From contig CABMEP010000051.1 in the NCBI GenBank assembly GCA_902385155.1, forward strand, positions 1 to 44,244: a stretch of 44,244 bases of DNA, written 5' to 3'. The position numbers and the translations under genes are program-made. Positions 18,775-28,679 of this stretch are shown piece by piece. Each line of letters begins with the position of its first letter. Position 1 is the stretch's first letter. A model generated the notes under the pieces. It was given only the letters and a program-made list of their open reading frames with translations. It was not told the origin of the DNA and did no database searches. The stretch is from an uncultured archaeon (lineage in GTDB: Archaea; Micrarchaeota; Micrarchaeia; CABMEP01).

Positions 18775-19659
18775 ATGCTCCCGAAAGCGTTCCTCGCCCC
18801 CACGTTCGAATACGGCAATGCGCCGTTCAGGCTGATGTGCCAGCGATACGGAGCGGAAGCGACGGTCGTCCCGCTCGTCAATGTGTCGGCGGTGGTGCGC
18901 CACGCGGACGTGATAGACGCTTTGCCGGAGGAGAAGAACCTCGGCCTGCAGTTCTCCGGGCCGAAACCGGACGAGTTCGCGGAAGCGGTGAGGCTGTCCC
19001 TCAAGCAGTTCCCGTTCATCAGGAGGCTTGACCTGAATTCCGGATGCCCTTCGACAGTGACGATGCGGGACGGGAGCGGAAGCGCGCTGATGAGACGGCC
19101 GGAGACGATCGCCGCCATAGTCAAGGCGATGAAGAGCGAGACCGATCTCCCGGTATCGGTAAAGATACGCATATTCACCGACAAGGAGAAGACGATCGAA
19201 CTCGCATCTGCCATCGAACGGGCGGGAGCGGATTTCATCATAGTCCACGGCAGGACCGCGAGACAGGGGTATTCCAGCACAGCCGACTGGGAGATGATCA
19301 GGGATGTGAAGGGCTCCTTGTCGATACCGCTGGTGGGCAACGGAGACATCAAATCAGCGGAAGAGGGCCGTTCCAAGATGAAGGATGGGTTCTGCGACGC
19401 GTTCATGATCGGCAGGGCCGCCATGTCCAACCCGATGGTCTTCAGGGATAAGACATACCTGACATACGAGCAGAGGCGGAAGATGTTCCTCGAGTACATA
19501 GGCATCTGCAGGGAGCACGGCGGCATCGCGCTGAAAGACCTGAAGCTGAAATCGGTGCAGTTCTACCGGGGCGTGAGCGGAGTGGCTGCGATAAGGCAGA
19601 GGATGATGCTGTGCAAGACTGTCGACGAATTGATCTCTAGGATAGAATCGGAGAGATAG
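18775..19659 (+). CDS. dus: tRNA-dihydrouridine synthase family protein
   Basis: FLAP, DLNSGCP, GSGSALM, PVSVKIR, IVHGRT, GNGDI, MIGRAAMSNP. Confidence 0.9.
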   Translation: MLPKAFLAPTFEYGNAPFRLMCQRYGAEATVVPLVNVSAVVRHADVIDALPEEKNLGLQFSGPKPDEFAEAVRLSLKQFPFIRRLDLNSGCPSTVTMRDGSGSALMRRPETIAAIVKAMKSETDLPVSVKIRIFTDKEKTIELASAIERAGADFIIVHGRTARQGYSSTADWEMIRDVKGSLSIPLVGNGDIKSAEEGRSKMKDGFCDAFMIGRAAMSNPMVFRDKTYLTYEQRRKMFLEYIGICREHGGIALKDLKLKSVQFYRGVSGVAAIRQRMMLCKTVDELISRIESER

Positions 19660-19674
19660 GAACACGGGGATATC

Positions 19675-20415
19675 ATGAAAGAGCTGATCATCTTCGATCT
19701 GGACGGAACGCTCGCGGAGAGCAAGATGCCGATGGACCGGGAGATGTCAGACCTCCTGCGGAAGCTGCTGCGGAGGAAGAAGGTCGCCGTGATATCGGGG
19801 GGCGCGTACGCCCAGTTCGAGAAGCAGTTCCTGGAAAGCCTCGACTGCCCGCCCGATCTGCTGAAGAACCTGTACCTGTTCCCGACGTGCGCCACCAGTT
19901 TCTATCGTCATGAGGACGGCTGGAAAAACGTGTATGAAGAAAGATTATCCCCCGAGGAGAGAGACAGGATACTCGCCGCGTTCGATGAAGCGTTGAAGGA
20001 GACGGGATTCGTCCCCCTTGACAGGCCATTCGGAGAGGTCATAGAGAACAGGGGCACCCAGATAACATTCTCCGCGCTGGGGCAGAACGCGCCCATAGAG
20101 CTGAAGAGGGGGTGGGACCCAGATTTCAGCAGACGCAAGAGGATAAAGAGCGCGTTGGAGAAGAGGGTGCCTGAATTCGAGATCAGGATGGGCGGCTCGA
20201 CATCCATTGACGTGACCAGGAAAGGGATAGACAAGGCGTACGCGATATCCAAGATAGAGGAGCAGACCGGCATAAGCCGGGCAGGCATGCTCTTCATAGG
20301 CGACGCACTCTTCGAAGGCGGGAACGACTATCCGGTGAAAGCCACAGGAGTGGAATGCATCCAGGTGTCGGGGCCGGCCAAGACAAAAGAAGTGATCAGA
20401 TCCTTGCTCGCATGA
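19675..20415 (+). CDS. HAD-IIB hydrolase, eukaryotic phosphomannomutase-like
   Basis: FDLDGTL, IENRGTQITFSALG, GGSTSID, FIGDALFEGGNDY. Confidence 0.88.
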   Translation: MKELIIFDLDGTLAESKMPMDREMSDLLRKLLRRKKVAVISGGAYAQFEKQFLESLDCPPDLLKNLYLFPTCATSFYRHEDGWKNVYEERLSPEERDRILAAFDEALKETGFVPLDRPFGEVIENRGTQITFSALGQNAPIELKRGWDPDFSRRKRIKSALEKRVPEFEIRMGGSTSIDVTRKGIDKAYAISKIEEQTGISRAGMLFIGDALFEGGNDYPVKATGVECIQVSGPAKTKEVIRSLLA

Positions 20416-20448
20416 GCGAAGACATGGAGGCCGATCAGACCGGCCATG

Positions 20449-20967
20449 TCACCCATTCTTTTTGCTGAATAATCTCTCCGCGGGACAGCCCAATTCCCTC
20501 TGCTTGCAATGATTGCAAGCGAGCTGGCCCCTGACGAATGCCGTGCCGACAAATCCCAGCAAGAGCAGAGATATCAAGAGCGCCAGCATCAGCCAACTGA
20601 AATTCATCACGAGGAGCCCGATGGCGACTATCATAGGTATGAGAGACACCAGGAAATCCGGGAGGACGTCTTTCCATGTTATCTGCCGGTCAGAGAATTT
20701 CGCGCTGCCTTTCCTGGAAAGGGCCGGAGCCAGCCTTCCCTTCCCGAACGCGCAGGTCTTGCCGAAGTAATAGCAATCAGGGCAGCTCTTCTGCAATACC
20801 CGTATCTCCAAGAACAGGGCATACGCCAGATAGAGCACGAGCCAGACAAGGCCCAGCTGGTAGAGGATATACGCCCCGATGAGATAGATGGAGAAGGTCA
20901 GAAGGTTGGATACGAGAACGATCCACAATGGATAATCCTCGTAGCATTTCGTGGAATCCATATTCAT
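20449..20967 (-). CDS. Cys-motif membrane hypothetical protein
   Basis: About 4 TM segments, CPDCYYFGKTC and CNHCKQRELGC. The track ORF's first 20 codons mostly overlap tRNA-Trp and are not real. Confidence 0.7.
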   Translation of the reverse strand: MNMDSTKCYEDYPLWIVLVSNLLTFSIYLIGAYILYQLGLVWLVLYLAYALFLEIRVLQKSCPDCYYFGKTCAFGKGRLAPALSRKGSAKFSDRQITWKDVLPDFLVSLIPMIVAIGLLVMNFSWLMLALLISLLLLGFVGTAFVRGQLACNHCKQRELGCPAERLFSKKNG

Positions 20968-20978
20968 CCTCGTATAAA

Positions 20979-21084
20979 TGGGGACACGGGGATTTGAACC
21001 CCGACTTGCAGGTTTCTTCTGCGGCATCCGTTTGGCTTTCGCCGGTCTGGAGCCTGCCGCGCTGCCAAGTTACGCAATATCCCC
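20979..21084 (-). tRNA. tRNA-Trp(CCA) with a 33-nt intron at 37/38 (21014-21046)
   Basis: Reverse complement gives GGGGATA...GCAGG-CT-CCA-G|intron|A-CCTGC...CGGGG-TTCAAAT-CCCCG-TGTCCCC-A. Confidence 0.9.
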
Positions 21085-21127
21085 GATGATAGTAATAAGT
21101 AGGCAGGACAGTTTTTATCCCTTCACT

Positions 21128-22510
21128 TTACGCCTTGCGCTGGGAAGCGATCTCCTTGATTATCGCATCCACGACCTTGCGTGCCTGCCCTACCTTGACG
21201 CGCATGGCGGCGGAGATCGGATGGCCCCCACCGGCCTCGATGTCTTCAGGCATCCTCTCCTTCATCACCTTGATGGCGGCTGAGATATCCAATCCAACCG
21301 CGAGAGCCGGTTTGTTCATCCTGAACGAGAGACCCCGCCCGCCCCAGCTGATGAGCACCGCCGGCTCTTTGAGCGGGGCAGCCAGGTGATCGGTCGCTAT
21401 GTTCGCAATCGCCGCTTTGGAAGGATACTGCCCTTTAGATATGAGCTTGGATGCATCCACGATGAAGAAGGTGATTCCGTTGGCTGTCTTCCTCTTGGTG
21501 CATGAAGGCAGCTTCTCGATGACTGTCTGTATCCTCTCATCCGCCTGGGCATAAGCGAAGTCCATGGCCTCCTCATCCTTCACGAGACGGAGGAAGCTGT
21601 CCAGGTCCTGTTTGTATTTCGCTGTGGATAACGCGAACATCAGCGCTTCCGAGTACCTCCATTCCTTCGCAGTCGGAGTGATGAGCCTGCTCCTGTCCGA
21701 TGTCATCGCCACTCTCGCCATCCAATCGGTATCCAGTTGCCTTATCCGCTTTGCGACTTCTGATGCGAGCAGTCCGCTCGTGTAGTGTATCGCAGTATCC
21801 GCAGGGACCACGCTGACCGCGGACACAAGGATATCGATGAGCTTTCCTATCGATGGGTCGTGCATCGGATGATGATCGATCACAATGATGGAGAAACCTG
21901 CTTCCTTGACTGCCTCGTAGCCTTCCTTGCTCTCCGGGTTCGCTCCGAAATCAACATTGATCAATAGTGGAGGGAGATGCTCGGCTTCTAGCGAATGGAA
22001 ATACCGCATATCGTCATCCGCGTCGAGTATCTTATAATAAGGGAATTGCGCGGGGACCGCTTTCAGGTTGTAACTGTCTATGAGGGCCTCATAGATCGCA
22101 AGTCCCGCGCAGAGACCATCGGGATCGGTGTCATGCCTGATGATGATCGGCCTTTGCAGGAAAGCGGCTTCCTTGATCGCTGCAGCGGCCTTCGTCACTG
22201 TGTTAGCGATCCCTCTCATCGCTTCGTCATCGATCAGCATCTTCGCTTCGACGGGCGCGCAGTTCTTTTTGATGAAAGCGTCTATCTTGGTCTTCTCCTT
22301 CTTCACGGTCTTTTCCGAAGTCTCTTTGACTGACTCAGCATCGACTTCGACCGTGTCCTCATCGATCCGTTTCTCCTTGCCTTTGAAGTCTATGATCGAA
22401 CCTGGCGTGAACTTGTCATTGCAGAGGACGATATACCTCCCGTCCGCTGTCATTGTCGTGTGCATGAAACGATTGTCCACAGCGCGCACTGAAGTGACAT
22501 ATCCGAACAT
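21128..22510 (-). CDS. DHH/DHHA1 phosphoesterase (archaeal RecJ-like)
   Basis: HDTDPDG, NVDFG, IDHH, GGGH motifs. Confidence 0.85.
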   Translation of the reverse strand: MFGYVTSVRAVDNRFMHTTMTADGRYIVLCNDKFTPGSIIDFKGKEKRIDEDTVEVDAESVKETSEKTVKKEKTKIDAFIKKNCAPVEAKMLIDDEAMRGIANTVTKAAAAIKEAAFLQRPIIIRHDTDPDGLCAGLAIYEALIDSYNLKAVPAQFPYYKILDADDDMRYFHSLEAEHLPPLLINVDFGANPESKEGYEAVKEAGFSIIVIDHHPMHDPSIGKLIDILVSAVSVVPADTAIHYTSGLLASEVAKRIRQLDTDWMARVAMTSDRSRLITPTAKEWRYSEALMFALSTAKYKQDLDSFLRLVKDEEAMDFAYAQADERIQTVIEKLPSCTKRKTANGITFFIVDASKLISKGQYPSKAAIANIATDHLAAPLKEPAVLISWGGRGLSFRMNKPALAVGLDISAAIKVMKERMPEDIEAGGGHPISAAMRVKVGQARKVVDAIIKEIASQRKA

Positions 22511-22566
22511 GATATCGATCTGATTTGACCCGCTGGGTTAAAAATACCCATCAGAGCCAAGAGTGC

Positions 22567-23436
22567 ATGATTGGGCGCGGAAGGATCAAGACAGCTGATT
22601 TTGACCTCCAGACCACGCTAGCTAGCGGACAGGTGTTCGGCTGGAAGCGCGAAGGCGACTGGTACTATGGCGAGATTGCCAGCAATCCAGTAAGAGTGAG
22701 CCAGAGTGGAACGACGCTCATCTACGAAGGCTCGAACAAGAAGGCGATTATAGACTATTTCGCTCTTGATGAAAACGTCCGAGGGATCTACACTCGGATC
22801 TCACGGAAGGATCCGATCCTTCGCAAGGCTGTGAAGGAATTCCACGGCCTCCGGCTGCTGAGGCAGGATCCGTGGATGTGCACGGTCAGCTTCGTGTGCA
22901 GCGCGTTCTCCAACATCCCCCGCATAGAGAAGAAACTGCAGAAACTGAGGGCTCGGTACGGAAAGCGCGCTGAAATCGCAGGCCATATCGTCAATCTGTT
23001 CCCGACTCCAAAAGCGCTCGGCTCCGCATCGATGCGCGATCTCCGCGCATGCGGGCTGGGATTCAGGGACAAGTACGTGAAAGGGCTTGGGAAGAGGATG
23101 AAGCAGTTCGATGTCGCGGCCCTGAAGAGGGAGAGATACAAGGACGCGAAAGCCTCGCTGATGGAGAGCGCGGGCATCGGGGAGAAAGTGGCCGACTGCA
23201 TCTGCCTGTTCTCATTGGAGAATCTCGAGTCGTTCCCGATCGATGTGTGGATCGCCCGTGTGATTGCGAAGCTCTATGGAAAGGAGATCCGCGCCATGTT
23301 CCCGAAGACCAAATTCTCCTACAAGGATGTTCAGGCGTTCGCCGGGGCCAGATGGGGCGATGACGCCGGGTATGCGCAGGCATGCCTCTACATGTACGGG
23401 AGGAAGCACAGGCTGGGCGCTGAAAGGAAAGAATGA
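22567..23436 (+). CDS. ogg: 8-oxoguanine DNA glycosylase (OGG1-type HhH-GPD)
   Basis: TLASGQVFGW, GLRLLRQDPW, NIPRI, GLGFR, GIGEKVADC..LFSL, FPIDVW, GYAQ. Confidence 0.88.
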   Translation: MIGRGRIKTADFDLQTTLASGQVFGWKREGDWYYGEIASNPVRVSQSGTTLIYEGSNKKAIIDYFALDENVRGIYTRISRKDPILRKAVKEFHGLRLLRQDPWMCTVSFVCSAFSNIPRIEKKLQKLRARYGKRAEIAGHIVNLFPTPKALGSASMRDLRACGLGFRDKYVKGLGKRMKQFDVAALKRERYKDAKASLMESAGIGEKVADCICLFSLENLESFPIDVWIARVIAKLYGKEIRAMFPKTKFSYKDVQAFAGARWGDDAGYAQACLYMYGRKHRLGAERKE

Positions 23437-23447
23437 TCGGTCCGCAC

Positions 23448-24281
23448 CTACAGCACGTGCGCGTCGAGCCATTCCCTTATCGTCTTCAGCAGCTTCCTGT
23501 CCTTGAACATCTCTGTGCCGTGGCCCAGCCCTTCATGGACATCGAGCCGCGTGTCTTCCGATCCGGACAGCCTGTCGATCTGCAATGCGCTCTTGTAGGA
23601 ATAGTCGTCCTCCTTGCTGACAATGATGAGGAACGGCCGCCTCATCTCCTGGGCCGTGAGGTTGGTCTTCACCCCGCGGTAGTCCAATCCCGGGGAAAGC
23701 ATGACCACGGTCCTGACTTCCGAGTCGGTGACCGCGTAGTTGAGGGCGAGGTTGGCGCCGATGCTCGCGCCGATGATCGACACCTTCTTGGATCCGTGGG
23801 CGGACAGGTAGTCCTTCGCGGCCCTGATGTCGTTTGCGGTGTTGTTGAGATCGTGGGAAGTGAACGACTGCCAATTCATCTGGCTCCTGCCGTGGCCGCG
23901 CGGGTCGAGGGCGAGGCACTTGTATCCGGCCGGGTGGAGGGACGACGCGAGATCGGACAGGGTGTCCTTGGTCCTTCCCAGCATCGGAAGCAGTATGACC
24001 CCTTTCTCCGTCTTCATGTCGTCGTAGAAATCCGCCTTTATGTGGACCCCGTCGGAAGTGAAGAGATCTATCTCCTTTCTCGGCACCTGGGGTATCGGTT
24101 CTGGTCCTTTCTCCATATTCATCACCTTGGTCTTGATGGCCTCCGTTATCTTCTGGATGCGTTCTGCCTTCTTCCGCGGCGTCTTAGCGGCAGGCCTCCG
24201 GGCGGCCGGTTTCCCGGCCCTCTTCGCCGGCTTAGCCTTCCTCGCTGCCGGTCTCTTCTTCGCTGGTCTCTTCTTGGTCAT
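23448..24281 (-). CDS. Alpha/beta hydrolase with a basic K/A/R/P-rich N-terminal tail
   Basis: DPRGHGRS, GASIGAN nucleophile elbow, C-terminal GHG. ATG at 24281 follows GGTGA. Confidence 0.85.
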   Translation of the reverse strand: MTKKRPAKKRPAARKAKPAKRAGKPAARRPAAKTPRKKAERIQKITEAIKTKVMNMEKGPEPIPQVPRKEIDLFTSDGVHIKADFYDDMKTEKGVILLPMLGRTKDTLSDLASSLHPAGYKCLALDPRGHGRSQMNWQSFTSHDLNNTANDIRAAKDYLSAHGSKKVSIIGASIGANLALNYAVTDSEVRTVVMLSPGLDYRGVKTNLTAQEMRRPFLIIVSKEDDYSYKSALQIDRLSGSEDTRLDVHEGLGHGTEMFKDRKLLKTIREWLDAHVL

Positions 24282-24298
24282 CGTGATCACCATGAATG

Positions 24299-25480
24299 TC
24301 ATTTCTTGCCGAGGAGCTTCTCTAACCTGTCCATCGCAGACGCGATCGATTTCATGTCGGTCGCGTAGCTGAGGCGGAGGAACCCTTCGCCCATCTGGCC
24401 GAATTCGCTCCCGGGTATCGTGACTACCTTCGCTTCCTTCAGCAGCCATAGGGAGAACTGCTCGGAGTTCATCTTCCCGAACGAGTGTATCCTCGGGAAG
24501 ACGTAGAACGCGCCTTCCGGCTTGACCTTGACCTCAAGGCAGCTGATCTCGTTGAGGCGCTTCAGCATGAAGTCCCTCCTCCTCTCGTACTCGCGCGCCA
24601 TGCCCTCCACGCACGCATGCGGCCCTGTGACCGCGGCGATGGCGGCGCGCTGGGACAGGGCGGGGGAGGCGATGGACGTGTAGAGGTGGTCCTTGGACAT
24701 CGTCTCTATGAAAGAGGAAGGGCCGACCGCGTAGCCTACGCGCCACCCCGCCATGGCATAGGACTTGGAGAACGAGAAGTTCGTCACCACGTAGTCCTCC
24801 ATGCCATTGAACGAGCCGATGGAGGTGTGCTCCGCCCCCCCGAACGTGAAGTCCTCGTAGGCCTCGTCGCTGATGATCATGAGGTTGTTGTCCACCGCTA
24901 TGTCCGCGATCTCCTCGAGGACGCTGCGCTTCAGCACGGTGCCGGTCGGATTGGACGGGTTGTTGAGTATGATGCCTACCGTCTTGGGCTTGATCCTCTT
25001 CTTCATGGCATCGGTGTCTATCTGGAAGCCGTCGTCGTCGTGGAGCTCATAGGTCACAGGCTCCGCGTCCACCATCTCGATCATGGGGCCGTACGCCATG
25101 TATCCGGGATCCGGCACGAGCACGGCTTCGGTCGGGTCGACCGCGGTGAACATCGACAGGAGCAGGGACTCGGTGGACCCGCATGTGACGCAGATCTGCG
25201 TCTGGGGATCGTCCGCCCTGATCCCGTTCTTCGCCTTCAGCTTCTTGCCGAGCGCCTCCAACAGGTCGGGATAGCCGGTCGTTGGCGGGTAGTGGGTGTA
25301 TCCCTCGTCCAGCGCCTTCTTGGCGGCGTTGCATATGTGCTTTGGGGTGGCGAAATCAGGCTCGCCGGGGCCCAGGGAGATCACTCCCTTGCCGACGAGA
25401 TTGGCGAGCCTCGCGAATATAGAATGAGGGAGCTCGGACACCCGTTCCGACACCAGGTGGCTCTTGCGCTTTTCCGCCAT
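24299..25480 (-). CDS. PLP-dependent aminotransferase class I/II
   Basis: GEPDF, NNPSNPTG, SDEAY, SFSKSYAMAGWRVG, LRLSYA. Confidence 0.93.
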   Translation of the reverse strand: MAEKRKSHLVSERVSELPHSIFARLANLVGKGVISLGPGEPDFATPKHICNAAKKALDEGYTHYPPTTGYPDLLEALGKKLKAKNGIRADDPQTQICVTCGSTESLLLSMFTAVDPTEAVLVPDPGYMAYGPMIEMVDAEPVTYELHDDDGFQIDTDAMKKRIKPKTVGIILNNPSNPTGTVLKRSVLEEIADIAVDNNLMIISDEAYEDFTFGGAEHTSIGSFNGMEDYVVTNFSFSKSYAMAGWRVGYAVGPSSFIETMSKDHLYTSIASPALSQRAAIAAVTGPHACVEGMAREYERRRDFMLKRLNEISCLEVKVKPEGAFYVFPRIHSFGKMNSEQFSLWLLKEAKVVTIPGSEFGQMGEGFLRLSYATDMKSIASAMDRLEKLLGKK

Positions 25481-25537
25481 ATGATGATTTGGTGCAAACC
25501 TTTTTATTCGGCTTCCCGAAGGCCGATTGGTGATGCG

Positions 25538-25741
25538 ATGGCGGTGCTGAAGGTTGTGGAGCTGATAGGGACTTCCGATAGATCATTTGATGACGCGTTG
25601 AAGCAGCTTGCCAAGAGGGCGTGCAGGACCGTCCGTGGCATAACTGGGATCCATATCGTCGACCAGAAGGTCCACTGCGACGGGAAGGGGAACATCGTGG
25701 AATACAGGGTCGTCTGCAAGATGGCGTTCAAGGTAGAATAA
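25538..25741 (+). CDS. Dodecin family flavin-binding protein
   Basis: MAVLKVVELIGTS..SFDDA...EYRV..KMAF. GGTGA RBS. Confidence 0.88.
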   Translation: MAVLKVVELIGTSDRSFDDALKQLAKRACRTVRGITGIHIVDQKVHCDGKGNIVEYRVVCKMAFKVE

Positions 25742-25754
25742 ACGCGTCAGAAGA

Positions 25755-27512
25755 CTATTTTCTGGTCAGCCTGGTTATGAGATCGAGCAGGTCCAGCTCC
25801 TGCCCTGTGAGCATGCTCTTGTACTTCTGCTGGAGCGTCAGCGCGTGCTTGAATGGGACGGCAGTGTAGAATATGTCGCCTTCGAATATGTGCCTGCCGA
25901 TGATCGGCTCGTCGACGGATATGGCGACTTCGTCCCCTTGCTTCGCCTCGGTCTTGCTCTGCTTCTCGGCCTGGATGCTCTTGATCCTGCCCACCGGCGT
26001 GCCGTCCTCCTTGATGAGCTCATCGCCCTGTTTTATCCTGCCGATGAGCACCTCTATCCCGAAGACAGCGGGCTTGTTCGCCCTGAACGCATAGCCGGGC
26101 ATGAACCTGATCTTGGCGGGGAACACGTAGGCCGCGAGGGCCTCTTCCTTCTCTCTCTGCTGCTCCGCCGCCTTCCATTCCTTGTACTGGTCGAACAGCG
26201 CGTAGATGATCTTGGAGGATATGACCGGGACTCCCTTGGACTTCGCTTCGTCCGCCAGCTCCGCCGGCACGTTGACGTTGAACGCCATGATGCCGCCGGC
26301 GTACCTGTCCTGGGCGCGGATGGAGACCGCTTCCATGACGTCGGTCTTCATGACCGGTCCGACGTCCGCCCTGCGGAGCCTGATGCCTTCCGCCTCTAGA
26401 AGCCGGGTGATCGCCTCCACCGAGCCGAGCGTGTCGGCGCGGAGGATGATGCCCGCGTTCTCGGTCTTGACGAGGATCTCCTTCATCTCCGAGTTCAGCT
26501 TGTCCTTCAGCTGCGTCTCCTCTGTCTCGTTTCTCGCCACGAGGAGCTCCGATCCCGGAAGCGCCTCCTCCAGGTCGGGAGTGAATATCTTGACGCCGGA
26601 CGCTGCCACGATCTCGTCCACGAAATTGAACCTGTCGCCAACGTCCCTCATCTCCACGAGCGGCTTCGGCTTGAGGAGGCCGCGTATCTTGGCGGACTTC
26701 GCGCCCGCCTTGGTCATGAAGACAACGGCGTCGCCCTTCCGGATGACCCCGTCATAGAGTATGACGTCGGCCGTGACCCCGAGCCCCTTCTCGAACTTGA
26801 TCTCGAGGATGCTGCCTTTCCCAGGGCCGGCCTCCTCGGTCTGGAGCTGCTTCTCCAGGAACTTCTGCGCGAGCCCCGCGAGGAACATGAGCAGTTCCGG
26901 GATTCCCTCGCGCGTCTTGGCGCTGACAGGAATGATCGCTATGTTCTTTGTGAAATCGCTGACGCGGTCGAATCGTTCGGCATTCAGGCCGTACTTCGAC
27001 AGCTCGCCGATGAGCGTGTATATCTTGTTGTCGAGCTCCGTCTGGACGTCCGGCCGCTGGGTCGGGAACGACTCGGTGAAGGAGGAATTCGGCCTCTTCC
27101 CCCAGCCCGGAACCAGATCGATCTTGTTGGCCGCGATCACGAACGGGGTCTTGTACTCCTTGAGGATCTCTATCGCCTCTATGGTCTGCGGTTGGAATCC
27201 CTGCGCCACGTCCACGACGAGGATCGCGAGGTCTGCTATGCTCCCTCCGCGCTTGCGGAGGTTGGTGAACGCGGCGTGCCCTGGCGTGTCCACCATGAGC
27301 AGCCCCGGGATGGTGAGATTGATAGGAATGAGCTTGGCGACGGGCCTGCACGTCTCCTTGATGACTGACAGGGGGACTTCGCTGGCGCCGATATGCTGCG
27401 TGATCGCCCCGGCCTCGCGGGATGCGACCGTGGTCTGGCGTATGCTATCGAGAATGGATGTCTTGCCGTGGTCGACGTGACCCATCACCACTACTATAGG
27501 CTGGCGCAGCAT
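25755..27512 (-). CDS. infB: Translation initiation factor 2 (aIF5B)
   Basis: GHVDHGKT, EAGAITQHIGA, DTPGH, NKID. No intein. Confidence 0.96.
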   Translation of the reverse strand: MLRQPIVVVMGHVDHGKTSILDSIRQTTVASREAGAITQHIGASEVPLSVIKETCRPVAKLIPINLTIPGLLMVDTPGHAAFTNLRKRGGSIADLAILVVDVAQGFQPQTIEAIEILKEYKTPFVIAANKIDLVPGWGKRPNSSFTESFPTQRPDVQTELDNKIYTLIGELSKYGLNAERFDRVSDFTKNIAIIPVSAKTREGIPELLMFLAGLAQKFLEKQLQTEEAGPGKGSILEIKFEKGLGVTADVILYDGVIRKGDAVVFMTKAGAKSAKIRGLLKPKPLVEMRDVGDRFNFVDEIVAASGVKIFTPDLEEALPGSELLVARNETEETQLKDKLNSEMKEILVKTENAGIILRADTLGSVEAITRLLEAEGIRLRRADVGPVMKTDVMEAVSIRAQDRYAGGIMAFNVNVPAELADEAKSKGVPVISSKIIYALFDQYKEWKAAEQQREKEEALAAYVFPAKIRFMPGYAFRANKPAVFGIEVLIGRIKQGDELIKEDGTPVGRIKSIQAEKQSKTEAKQGDEVAISVDEPIIGRHIFEGDIFYTAVPFKHALTLQQKYKSMLTGQELDLLDLITRLTRK

Positions 27513-27596
27513 ATTCCATCACATTTACCGCAGTGGGCGTCATCTGCATGGCTCTCTCGTCGCCAGGTTAAAAACCCTTGCCGTCCTATAGGTAAT

Positions 27597-28679
27597 ATGC
27601 GCTGTTTTGTGACAGGTGCTACCGGCCGACTGGGAAGCGTCCTCGTGAAGGCGCTCCTGGACAGGCATCATTTCGTCACCGCTCTGGTGACGGATGAGAA
27701 CGAGAGGATGAAGCTGCCGAAGGGAGCGGAAGCCATAGTCGGAGACATCACCGACCGCGCCGCAGTGGAGAAGGGAGTGGGCGAGTGCCAGGTGGTGTTC
27801 CATCTCGCGGCCCTGGTCAGCTACACCGCCAGCTGGGAGCAACTGGAAAGAGTCAACATCAAGGGCACCAGGACGGTGGCGGACGCATGCTCGAAACACA
27901 AGACGAGGCTCATCTACGTGAGCACCACCGGAGTATACGGGAAGAGGCTCGCCGAGATGCCCGCGAACGAGAAGACACCGACGAACCCTACCGACCTCTA
28001 CGGGAAGTCTAAGCTGGAGGCGGAGCGCATAGTCGGCTCCTATTTCGGGACGTTCCCCTACATGATATTCAGGCCTGCGGTCATATACGGCCCGCCGTTC
28101 TTCGACGTCTACGCGAGGGTGCTGAAGAAGATAGAGAACGGCAGCATGCAGGTGCTGGGAGACGGGAAGAACGTGATACCGTTCGTGCACTCTGATGATG
28201 TGGTGGAAGCGCTCATGCTCGGGGCGCGTTCGGAGCTGCCCGCAGGGACGTTCGTCCTGGCGGGGAATTCCACCATGACCCAGGAAGCGATCTACAGGTT
28301 CGCGGCCGAGGCGCTCGGAGTGGAGTTCAAGCCGGGGCACACTAGCCCAGGCGTGGCGAAGGCTTTAATTAGCTTAACCTCATTGGTGAAGAAGAGCGGC
28401 ATCAGCGATGAGGACGTCAACGTGCTCTCCTCGCACAGGATTTTCGACACCAACCGCGCGGAGAAGATCCTCGGATGGAAACCGGGGACCAACCTCATGG
28501 AAGGCATCCGCCAGATGGTGGAGATGTACAACGAGAGGAAGAGCAGGATAGCGAAGATACAGGAGATGAGGAAGCTGAAGGAGCAAGGACAGAAACCTCA
28601 GCGCCCCGTGGCCTCCGGCAAACCCGGGGAATCTGACGATCATATGGGTGAGATCAATGGCAATGTCAAACAAGATTGA
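27597..28679 (+). CDS. NAD-dependent epimerase/dehydratase (extended SDR)
   Basis: VTGATGRLG, VFHLAA, YGKSK. ATG at 27597. Confidence 0.9.
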   Translation: MRCFVTGATGRLGSVLVKALLDRHHFVTALVTDENERMKLPKGAEAIVGDITDRAAVEKGVGECQVVFHLAALVSYTASWEQLERVNIKGTRTVADACSKHKTRLIYVSTTGVYGKRLAEMPANEKTPTNPTDLYGKSKLEAERIVGSYFGTFPYMIFRPAVIYGPPFFDVYARVLKKIENGSMQVLGDGKNVIPFVHSDDVVEALMLGARSELPAGTFVLAGNSTMTQEAIYRFAAEALGVEFKPGHTSPGVAKALISLTSLVKKSGISDEDVNVLSSHRIFDTNRAEKILGWKPGTNLMEGIRQMVEMYNERKSRIAKIQEMRKLKEQGQKPQRPVASGKPGESDDHMGEINGNVKQD

